Of a stretch of DNA of 64,000 nt, positions 52,643 to 64,000 are shown in pieces. The position numbers were made by a program, and so were the translations under genes. Where the stretch lies: assembly GCF_964204645.1 (NCBI RefSeq), contig NC_134026.1, forward strand, positions 5,231,950-5,295,949, written 5' to 3'. The DNA is from Tubulanus polymorphus. Its lineage: Eukaryota; Animalia; Nemertea. A model generated the notes under the pieces. It worked only from the letters and a program-made list of their open reading frames with translations, was not told the origin of the DNA and made no database searches. How positions within the stretch are numbered: position 1 is the first letter of the stretch; every line of letters starts with the position of its first letter.

Positions 52643-55600
52643 CTACACTAGTTTCTTTGCCTCGAAGAAGCCCTTCAGATGTCTCATCTGCCATAGACCG
52701 GTGATCAGTAAGATAACCGTCTGCGCGATAGACCACCACAAGACGCGTTGATTCGTGCTTTCGCTTGTTTGTCTGAAACGCTCCTCGCGATACTGAAAAT
52801 TAGAAAAGTCGATACAAATATTTATTTAATTTATTTTAAACAGGGTGCTTACAGATCAGTCATTCATTGATATATAGAGTTTTAAAGGACAAAATTTCAA
52901 ATATTGAGGAAGTGTCCTCATGACTACTATATCCCAATTACTGTAAACTCTTCCTAAATAGGTACTGTTTATCTCAGTAAACTGGTAATTCAGTGGTTTT
53001 GAAAGCAAATTTCTAAGCAAACATTAACTAAATTCTGTTTCTAATATGTAACCACCAAATCGGTAAAAATATCCTGGTCCTGTACCGAATTCGGCGTAGA
53101 TTTCTACAAACATTCCTAAAAGCATATTTTTAAAATTGAGGAAGTTTTGTACATCGTATGGACACTGTTAAAACACTTCGAAATGTGAGCAAAGAAAGAG
53201 TTTCTTTAACTCATTTCGACTTACTCGTTGGTAGTTCTGTTCCTTAGTTATTTGATCAACTTGGTCTAACAGTTGTCTTACGCGAAGCTGTAATTCGGTG
53301 AGTTTATCCTTGGCCGCAATCTGTTGGTAATCGTTAGCATGTTCGCCGACCTGGACATCTAAGTGGACTCTCTGTTTTAAACGACAAAAAAACAACAATT
53401 ATTTAATAATAAATTACTGAATTAATGAACCAGAAACTATTACAGAATTGAATTTATCATGACTTGACATCTCATAAGCCAGATCATAAATGGTCTGGAC
53501 TAAACAGTCAATACCGAATCGATAAAGATGAATTCTTACCAATTGGCCACCGCCAAACCAAGCGGTAGAGTTCGAATGAAGACATACTTGATGTTCTCCA
53601 GAAGAATGAGATGTAAATGTGAATCTACCTTCAGCAGCATAAGTCTGAAAATCCATTGAATATAGAAATAAATCAATGACATCATTTCTGCACAATCATT
53701 GCCAATTCAGACATTGGATTCAAGTTGGTGAATTTATGATTGATAATTTGCGAACTATAGGCAGTTTGAAATTTGGTCTTAGATCTAGCTTTCACTGTTG
53801 AAACAGGTTGTTATCATAACCATTGATAAAACACTATATCCATGTTTTGACGATAAAACATCAGGAATCCAACAGGACACATTCTCGGACTTTATATCAT
53901 TTTTCCATCATTAATTAGGTTATATTGTTATATTATTACGCAAAATACACGTATAAAGTTCATCGTGCATTGCATTCCTGGTTTCACAAAGACATTTTGC
54001 GCTTATCAAAACAGAAATTTCACTTTTCTAACTGACAAGTTAATTAAAGACCAATGGGATCCCTTCAGGATAAATCTTTTCTATATATTTCTTAAACTGT
54101 TTTGTGAAACCATGATCGAGCTATCCTTGTTAAGCCTGCTCTTTGACGCAATGCACGCATGGCCATCAAATTCCAAAATAAACACGAGAACAAGAAAGGA
54201 AGTTGATTATAAAATCAATAACATATGTTGGTTCAAAAAACGTGCATTTTAACAATTAAGTATTTATAAATCGCTACATATAACATGATCATTGAAACGT
54301 ATGTGAAATGCATTAGAGAAATCATGACCAAGTTAAAGTGCTTTGATGATAAGTTGAAATCAGCTGACTTTCATGAAAACATTTTTGGCTCAAAATGTTG
54401 AGAAAATTCAAATTTCTATCAATTCAAATCAAACCTTTTCATGAAATCGGACTGCTCGGCTGATTATAAAGCGGCAATGAAGCACAGAACGAACAAGCTT
54501 TTAATGTTCAATAGCAATACATGGACACAAACTTGGTTAAAAGCATGAAAAACATGTATCTACTGATCCAACTCCAAACAGACATTTTCTTTTAAGTAAA
54601 GTGAAGTTATAATATGTCAGTCAACGAGATCCCACATCCATCACGGGTAGCTTTAGTCGAATAAGACATTCAAACACCGAAAGACATGGCTAATTCTTAC
54701 CCTGGAAATGATAGATTTACCCTCTGGATCAATGACATCAACATGCATACCGAAATAACTCAGCACATAAGTACTGATGTCGGGATCGTACAGCTCCAGT
54801 TTATAGTTCCCTAAAAATGTGGTTTCATCACAAATATTAAATTCTTGAGCAGATGAAGCGAACAGCGAGCCCTGACAAAATATTCCACCAGCCATTTCTG
54901 TATAGCCTTCCGGTCATTAATTAGGCTTGCAGAATTGACTAGTGAAATTAATGAAAAACAAAAACGCTTCAATACTCGAAAGGGTTGCTTCTGTTTTGCG
55001 AATTAATAGATGTAACATATGACTTGCGTAACACAGTTAAATTGTCTTCAAACAATTAAATATGCACCAAGATCGAACAAACAAAGCCTTCTAGACCGAA
55101 TGAAATCTGCAGCTACCGAGACCGTGCATTCTTGAAAAATAAGCAAATTATCACATTACACCAAAAAAGGTCATCAATCTATCAACTAGAGTGGTATATT
55201 CGAGTATTCAAACGAGTCATGTGGTATATATACGTAGTGTCTGTGTGGGGGGTGATACCTGCTTCTACAACTACTAAAAAGACAGTTGTGCCACCAATTC
55301 TTACCCTCGATAACAGGTCTTTTTCTTCCGGATCTTTAATGAGTACGTGCATGCCAAACGATCCGCTCGTTTGCACATATGTATTCGAAGCTTTGTCTAA
55401 TAATTCCACCTTATATTTGCCTGTGTGTATAGCAACGAAACACATTTTATCCATGGAGAAATTGGCGTTTTGTTGGAATCGTCTCTCAGCAATATTTCAG
55501 GTTGGCCATGAGGCGGGTTTCCAAATCCGCATTCCGAATGGTTTATTTTGCCATAAGGGGGGAAGAACAATAGGGTAGGCCTATCTTTTTATGGTGGGGC

Positions 55601-56273
55601 GGAATGAAACCAACGATTTGGGACGATATATTTTTGGGGTAAGGGGACTATTTCCTGAAACAAACCAATATGGTATCAAGTAGTCCCATACCCCCACATT
55701 GATAAAATCTTCTATGCTCAACTCATGCCATATTGATAACCATATGCTGTAAGTTCGCACCAATTCTTTATCAATAACAACCATAGGGCAACAATTGAGG
55801 GCAAACAAATACATAAATTTTGTCCAATGCAATAAACATTACAAAGAATTCTTGGCTAAAAATATAAATGCACAATCGACATAAGGTAATGTCGTAGTCA
55901 AAGCGAGCACGGCATAGCCGAGGCAGGCCCACAAATCATCAAAATCCAAATTTTGAAAAAATTTGATTTCCAAGTATATTGACATAAAATATCATTAAAT
56001 CAAGGTCTCAGAAATATCGTATCGAGAAAATGAAGAAGTGAAAAAATAAGTTTGATTGAGAATAACAAATTCCATTTGAATTTAACTTTGTATAGTTTGA
56101 GTTAAGATACGGTGGGAAACCAGTTATTTCGGCATCGAATACGCACCTACAACCATCGTTTCTTCGGGAATTTCTTCGATGAAACATTTCTTTTCCGTTT
56201 CGCCGATGTGGAAATATAAACCGGACACGGAGGAAACCAGAATTAACGAAAGAACGATAGAAAAACTGTCCAT
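52643..56273 (-). CDS. TMED9: p24 alpha family protein (TMED4/TMED9-like)
   Basis: [43 protein letters not shown]...[23 protein letters not shown]...[15 protein letters not shown]...[21 protein letters not shown]...FFEAKKLV*; two alternative second exons. Confidence 0.93.
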
Positions 56274-56302
56274 CTTTCCCGGTTTGTGTACACGTCTCGA
56301 AC

Positions 56303-56330
56303 CCGGAAGTAAATTTCAGAGACCACGTCA
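56303..56330. promoter_or_regulatory. ETS site and UPRE/CREB3-type site upstream of TMED9
   Basis: CCGGAAGT 56303-56310; CCACGTCA 56323-56330 (= TGACGTGG on minus strand). Confidence 0.45.
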
Positions 56331-57408
56331 CAGTTGCGATTGACCGTTTCGCATCGGCTATAGCCGTGTGACGTAATTAGAAGCCACAATTCAATCAAAT
56401 TCATGCTTTATTGACATTAAGTGACATCATTAATTAACTAAGCTTACACAATGAGATCATAGGCATCAAACATACAGATAACTAAATAAATTTGAAACAA
56501 AGGAAATAGAATACTGCTGGCCAATTCACAGGACCTTTTTACAAGTGTAGAATTTTGTTTATCAAAATTTTACAATAAATGTTCAAATTTTTATTAGTTG
56601 TCACATTTCTTTGTATCTTATCAAAGAGACATTATTAGTGAATACAAAAGATGATGAAAAATGTGATTTTGAAATTTTTAAGTGATCGATCATGAGAAAT
56701 AAAGAAAGTCGAAGTCCCTATCCGTAATTTATTACTACTACTTCACCGGATCCGTCCATCAAAATATCAAAATATCATCATGTAAATTGATTTAGCCCCG
56801 CACAGTGTCAGTGACCTGACCATATGTTGTATTTTCATTAATATACCGTGGTTAAGTGTATTATAACAGGTAAAATTAATATGCCTATTGTTTTTATACA
56901 AACAAGTGAAACTAAATTTTACGACTAAATCAACCATCCATATGCAAAATCATGCAAACCCAACAACAAAAACATTCAACTGAACAACAAGGAACCCAGG
57001 TTGAGGTAGCTATTCCTTAATGTTTACATTGAACTCCTCAATTCAATTGTTTTGATGGCTATCGTGATGGCCCTGAAGTGAAGAAAGTTCACTAGAAATT
57101 AGCCAGTTGTGAATGTGATGTTCAATGTTGGTAAGTCTACTAAGTGTTGGACATATGGTTAGGCTATGTATGGATGGTTAAATGCAACTCTTGCCTGTTA
57201 TGGTATATGTGTTATGGTTTCCATTTCATTCTTCAGTTTATTTCGCAATATTTCATTATTTTTTGTCTTGTAGAATTATTTCTCTGCAATTACGAAATTT
57301 ACCGTTAGCGACTGCTATCTAAAGTAAAATTCTTCCATTGTCTATAAAACTTATCGATAAAACTTATTCTCTTTATAGGTACTCAACAAGACGTAGTTTA
57401 AGTTTGAA

Positions 57409-60400
57409 ATGTTTCCTTCAGCTGGATACTTCAAAGGATTGTTATGTCCGTATTACTTGTCGGGGCTCTGTGAACGACCATACTGTCATTTTAAACACTA
57501 TAAACCGGATCCTGATCAATCAGGTAGGCATAAGATCTTAACATTTAATCAAAATCAGTAGCCTAAATGTATATTTGAAAAAAAATGGTCACTGCAAACT
57601 GATACTGACTCTGCTCGAGTTGGATCCATTCAACTCAGATATTTGTTTGCATATTTTTCTGGCCCTACTAACGTATATATGAAGTATTGGTAATACAAAG
57701 TACTATCCAACAGAAGTCAGCCAAATTTCTAAGGTTCACACAGGTTCAATTTGAGTAGAGTCTACAATAGAATTTGGAATTGAACTTGATAATGAAGGGA
57801 TAAATGAATGGGCCTCGTTCTTTCAGGTGAAACCACAGTCAACAACAAAGCAGCAAATAAACTAGGTAAAGTCCAAGGTTTAGACGAAAAAGATGGAAAT
57901 ACTGAATTATATACGCCATCGGCGGTTCAGCCGAGATCATCGATGCTTAGTATGGTCGGTAAAGCAATAAAAAATGTGGAAAAAGAAATTGAAAAAGATA
58001 AATACCGCCTGCAAGGCAGAAATTCATCTGCGACGTCATGCATCGAAACGTCGAAAAAAACCCGAATAACTCTCGCCGATAGTCCGGCGGTGGCCGTCGA
58101 TGATGATGAGGATGATGATAATAATGATGACGACGATGACATGCTCCCGGCGACGGAATACGAATACGTTCCGACGAAAATTCGACCTAAACCGATGGAG
58201 TACACGCCTACTCCGTTGAACGTGCTGAAAAATTCTGCTAAATATTCTTCAACGGCGGCGACGTCCGACGTCGACGAACACGAGTACGATCCGACGTGTA
58301 ACTTCAAAGCGACTCCGTCTGATAGTAATAAACTGACGTATCGTAGTACGAACGCTTCCTCGTTCCAGTATTTCAACGATGACGATGAGAATGACGATGA
58401 TCGTGGTGGTTACAACGACGACGGAGCTCGTTTTAGCGATGAAGATGAAGACGAAGATCTTCCTAGTCGTTACCGGATGTCGAACTATAAAGTGTCGCGT
58501 CCTCTAGATGAAGATGTTCATGATGAGGATGATTATGATGATTCGACGAATGGGAACGGCGATGATCTCGTATCACAAATATTAAACGCTTCGAAAGCTC
58601 CGCCGAAAATATCGACAGAAAAAACTGGTTTCATCAACTCGGATGATGAAGTATTATCGGCGAACAAGGCTCGGACTTCAACAAAGCCGAAGGTAAAGAA
58701 AGAGAAATCGCTGAAAAAAGTTACGACTGAAAATGTGTCGAAACGAGGTGGACAATTTTCATCCGAGGCTAATAGAAAACGTGATGGGAAAACCTTGATC
58801 GAATCGCACCAAAAGCTCGATAGATTGTCTACGAAATTGAAGTCGTCAAATTCTGGCGAATCGAAAATTTCTAAAGAACCCAAGAGTTCCGGAAAATCGT
58901 CATCGCTCGTCGCTAGTGAATCGAAACATCAGCGCAATCAAAGAGATTCGGAAAGATCGGAGTCAATGAGTAAATCGAAACATGATTCAAAAAGACCTAA
59001 AGAATATGAAAGCAAGAATTCGGTTCATTCGAGTAGATCGAGTAGTAAAACTTATGAATCTAAGAAAACTGATCGTATGAGTGGATCTAGTAAAACTCAC
59101 GATTCAATGAGTTCTGATTATTTCAATCAATCCAGTAAAACTCATGAATCTAAAAAATCTGATTTTTTGAGTAAATCCAGTAGTCATAATGGAAAACATG
59201 AATCTGGAAGTTCGAAATCATCTAGTAGATCTTCCCTTCACCATGAAGCATCAAAAAGGACCAAAACGTCAAGTTCTTCGGAGAGGTCCAGCGGAAAAAG
59301 TGAGCAGAGTCCAAAAGGTCATCTGACGTATGATAAAAAATCTAGAAATGGCAAAACTATCCTGAAATCATCGAATGAGAATCTGAAGAGTTCCGAATCG
59401 TTGAAACGAAGAGAATTTAAAACTTCACCTGCTAAGAAAAACCGGGCAATATCAAAAATTGAGGAAGGCTCTGAATACGATAGTCCATCACCGAAGAAAC
59501 AAAAGACAGCTTCTTCTAAAGTGGATTTATTTGGAGCAGATAGTGATAGTGACAGTGGCTCGTCTGTCGTTTCGAATCTCTTCAGCGACTTCGAGTCGTA
59601 TCAGAAATTGAAGTTAGCCACTAGCTCGCCAGTACACATAGCTAGCAGTCCCAGTCACCATACTAGCGAAGATAACGATGCCAGTGATTGTCAAACGTTC
59701 GATATATCTGATGAAGAAATCATGGATGAAGATGACCATTATGAGGAATGTTTGCAGATATTCAATGAAGAACAGAAACAAGTAAAGAAAGCTAGTGTTT
59801 CTCGACCAGTGCCGGTGGTGAGTATAAAACAAGTTAGATCTGCATTTACGCTATAGAAAATTATTGGATTTCTGACAAATGTGCATTCATTCCTGTTTAT
59901 GCATTTTTCTAGGCCAGTAAAAGTAAAGAATTTGAGAACTTTCTGGAGAGGAAAAGAATGTCGCATATGAAAGGAATTGTTCCTATTCAAGTAAGTTTAA
60001 ACTCAAGGAACTAAGTGTATTTCAGGTGGTAATTTTAATTTTGAGTGTGTTTCTTAGCCGTTAAATTGATCCAGTATCTAATCATCACATATCAGTTCTT
60101 GGTATTTGTTACACTTAGCCCCAGATTATTATAGATTTTGAAATTTCTTCTGCCAATTGCATGAAAATCATTTTTCAGATGATCGTTAAGTTAATTGTTG
60201 TGATTTCGTTGTAGAGAAAACCTGCACCGAAACTACAGAGACTTCCAACACCGCTAACAGTAATGCAGAATCGTCTATTGAGCTTACAAGAAAAAAGCAA
60301 ATCTCTGCCTACAAAGACAAATCTCACGGTATGTATCATCTGAAATGAACAAATACATTTTAACTCTAGATTTAGCTACTTTCGGTTGAAACTATTCCAA

Positions 60401-63400
60401 AAAACCCTCTACAGGCCTTCTATCTCATGTGTACTATTCTAGAATACGTGGAGTGTATTCTGGTTAAAAAAAACATGCCAGAAGAGTACTACAAAATCAG
60501 TAAAGTCTTACTGAAACCTACCTTAATTTTAAAGAAGAGTACAAAACAAAATATGAATACATGCACTTGTAAATTGTTTGCAGGGAGGCTCGCTGAGAGG
60601 TGCATCTGGAAATTCGTCGCGTATTAAAAAACGAGATATGAACCATCGGTCATCTGCTCACGATACAATTGATATAAGCGACGAAGAGGAGATGCCTACA
60701 CCTTGTCAAACTGCTTCGAAAAAAGCTCGAACTGCTCATGTTCCAAAAAAGGTAGATACTTATCATGTTAGGAAAAATCTTACTTAGTTTTACATAGTCA
60801 AACTCGCTTAATTTGGATTGGTTTAGTTTGGATTTCAATCTAATATGGATTACTTGTATAGTCCACCTATGTACACATTTAAGGAAAATACGATGTCATA
60901 TTCATATTCGGAGATCTCATAAACTGGTTGAATTTCATCAGTACCAAATGATCCAAATTAAAGCGTTTCTACTGTAGAACCATTCTTATAATTTAAGACT
61001 TTTGGACTTAAATACCTGTCTAACTGGGCCTCGGCTCCTAAAGTGAATTATATTATTATTTATACCAGTATATGTACATTCATTGACATGTGTTCAGTGG
61101 CTTTTGTCTTCAAGATTTGAAGATATAATGTTCTATCTAAAAGTGTAAATTTTATCTAATTAATTATGCTGATTAAACTCATACTAGTAACTTCCTGGCT
61201 ATCACAAAATCTCAACTGCACTCATTATTTTGTTCTCAATACCTGATGGGTCTTTTGAATTAGTTTACAAATAAGTATAAATCCATTTTTGCAGAAGATA
61301 ATCAAACGACCTATTATTCCACCTGATCCAGCGAGTAAAGTACCGACTAACGTACGCATGCGTTACTTGAATCTTCTCATCGACGAATGCTTGAAAACAT
61401 ACGATCAGGAACAAGACGCTCATAACCGGGTAAGCAAACGGGGGTCATGGAGTGATTACCTAACAGGAGGTGCTATGGTCACTTCCAAATCACACTTAAA
61501 CTAAGCTTTAGTGTAATGGTAGTTCCGCAGACGAGACAAAGCTGATTTCAAAGCTAAAAGCCTTACCGATGTTTTATCACTTTTGGACATAGCTGTGGAA
61601 TGTAGCATATCTACCAATGCTAAGAAATATGGTATTTGTAAATATGATATTAATTTGGCATTAAATTTTCCCCCCTCGTCATTCATTCCTGGACTGTAAA
61701 GTATATTATCTGTGATGAAATTTGGATCCCCGTAGTAATTTTTCTTTCCTGGTTGCTTCAGGCTGTAGCGGAAGAGAAAATTATATTTGAAAGATCTGCC
61801 AGTAAAGGGACGTACTTGAACGTGGCTGCAAATACTATAAAGAAACTAAGGAACGAGCAGCAGCAGCAGCATCAGCAGCAATCGAGCAGTGATAGTAGTC
61901 CACAGAGTAGTAAAAGGTCTAAATTTTCACATGCAGCTCTTCTAGATGGATCGAAGGCTGCGTCCGTTAGCTACACCGTTCACAGATCAAATTCTCGTCG
62001 AGCTGCAGATATTATTCTGACCGGTATGTGCATATTTCGTAAAACAGATTTCATGCTTGAGAAATTGAATTGTTTCAATTCTGTTGGTGAAATTTTTTCT
62101 TTCCCCACCCTCAATCTCCGTTCTAAATTTATCGCCTTCTTGAATCGTACCTATCATCGATAGCTGTGTGCAAAAAAACAACGAGACAAATAGAGTGGAA
62201 ACAGATTATCTGTAGCTTTGATTTGACTTTGACTGTTTATGATACTGTATGTCATTATCTTAAAAGAACGGTTACAGATAAAGAATCAAGTAGTGTACAG
62301 ATATTTAAGTCTACCCGTATGACAATCATTATTACCTTCTTGGTACCAATTGATATATTTTACCGTACCGATATATTTGACAGATGTGGATGTGTATAAG
62401 AAGTTTCTCGACTATGCTTTGACAGTTGAACAGATGAGAGATAATGGTTATCCATTACCCGATCCTAAACAACCCGGTGTAGCCATAATAAAAAAGAAAT
62501 ACTCCGCGATCGCCGGGTTGAAAAGTAAGTATTTTCCCGATCTCAACGAGGTGTAGGTGCTGAGGTGTAGGTAGTAATAGATGAAATATAAGAAAGTACA
62601 CTTTTATTTAGCACACGAAAAGATCTGCAGCCGTTGTGGAGCTTCATTTATCGTGTATCCAAACGGAGTCTACCAGAATAAAGAAGAATGCATTTATCAT
62701 TGGGGAAGAGCTTGGAAAAGCAGAGGTAAGTTTTATGTTATTCAACAAACATCTGTATACTCAACAAGCTGATGATGACATTATACAAAGGTTCAATGTT
62801 TCAATAACCCAATGGCTTAAGCCACTCGGCCACCATGACTTTCACCAAGAATCTTAGTGTCTGATGTACCACAGACACTAAGATGCGAACGACATTTTCT
62901 CGATACTTTTAGATCACTGCAGCTTTAAACCACCAGAAATCCGATTGTGAAAAATAAACTATCGTTACAAACCTCATACATTCAGTTTTCTTATTATTAT
63001 ATTCATTCGGAGGTTCATTCATCATAGTCTGTGCTTGATGCGATATAAATACAGAAATAGCAAAAATGACACCATTTTTTCACTATGAAACTAGGCATTG
63101 TAACACTGTAGTTCGTTAGCAACAAAGACAACTTGAGCGGTGCGTGTCTCGTCGCTAAACAGCGCATCATTTTTGTATCTTAAATTTAATCGTACTAAAA
63201 TCAGATTTATCGTCAAAATGATATAATGAACAAACGTAAGACATCATAAGGTTAGTGTAGATAGTTTATTCATCAAAATCGGTTGTTTATTTGCTGAGAT
63301 ATCGCAGTTTGAACACGGACAAAAAAGCCGACCAAATTCTGGTCGGCAACTGTACAGCGAATTTGAATGCACGCGTCTCGGTGGTTGGTTACACTAGGAT

Positions 63401-64000
63401 CGTAGAGCGACGGAGATCACTGGTGGAGACAACCACTGTCAGTGCTGGGTGAACCATGACTCTGCAATTTTTATGTATTTTCTTTTAGAGTCGGGCTCTT
63501 GGGAAACTCGCTACACTTGTTGTCAATCTGATCTCAGCGTTAAAGGTTGTTCTATATCAAAGGTAACCGGTAACTTATTCGTCTCTTAACTGTTTCTCTA
63601 AATGAAACTACGAACGTCAAACTAATGGTATCTTTTAATTTTTCTTCAGTTACACGTACATGATATGAATAGAACCGAAGATGTTAAAGGATTCATGAGA
63701 ACTATTCCTAGTTCTCCGAGCGAGGACGGAAATTATGGCTTTTATTCGTTAGATTGTGAAATGGTATTTTAATGATCTCTTCATAGATGAATTCGACTAG
63801 ATTTCTGTGCAGAAACTTTCACAGTATTTCACAATATTTTTGTCTCGATTTAGGTTTACACGAGTAAAGGTTCGGAATTGGCCAGAATTACAGTCATTGA
63901 TCGAGAATTGCAAACGGTTTATGATTCGTTGGTTCAACCAGAAAAGCCAGTAGTAGATTACAATACAAGGTATTTATTGAGAAAACAGTGTACTGCTGCC
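57409..64000 (+). CDS. REXO1: RNA exonuclease 1 homolog (Elongin A-binding protein 1), 3'-truncated by window
   Basis: N-terminal MFPSAGYFKGLLCPYYLSGLCERPYCHFKH zinc finger; ~2-kb low-complexity exon 57828-59817; KVPTNVRMRYLNLLIDEC, CSRCG...ECIYHWG, YTCCQ, and start of DEDDh domain YSLDCEMVYTSKGSELARITVID...VVDYNTR. Confidence 0.93.

Noticed and set aside
55581-55832. Possible third TMED9 alternative exon
   Set aside because: No GxY...GMHV...DP homology or matching splice sites.
57808-59856. 682-aa stand-alone ORF
   Set aside because: It is the large internal low-complexity exon of REXO1 plus intron read-through.
62925-63450. Possible DNA transposon in REXO1 intron
   Set aside because: Looks repeat-like, but TIRs and TSD could not be fixed by eye.

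Overview
AT-rich, intron-rich eukaryotic DNA from an invertebrate animal (taxon not determinable here), so most short ORFs in the track are exon fragments or noise. Bases 1-12400 are an accessory zone: the 3' end of a gypsy-like LTR retrotransposon with an extra coiled-coil+SGNH-esterase ORF, a ~240-bp-arm inverted repeat with strand-biased G.U pairing made from an antisense RING-gene relic (candidate hairpin-RNA/endo-siRNA locus) next to a repeat-built spliced transcript, nested MITEs, and a Penelope remnant with a hammerhead ribozyme. The rest holds three head-to-head gene pairs: SPTLC1(-)/M17 aminopeptidase(+), ADISSP/C20orf27(-)/CFAP43(+), TMED9-like(-)/REXO1(+, runs off the window). Splicing oddities: duplicated mutually exclusive exon 2 in the TMED gene and five candidate frame-preserving microexons in CFAP43. 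All calls come from manual reading and recalled homology, with no database searches; exon boundaries marked ~ are approximate.
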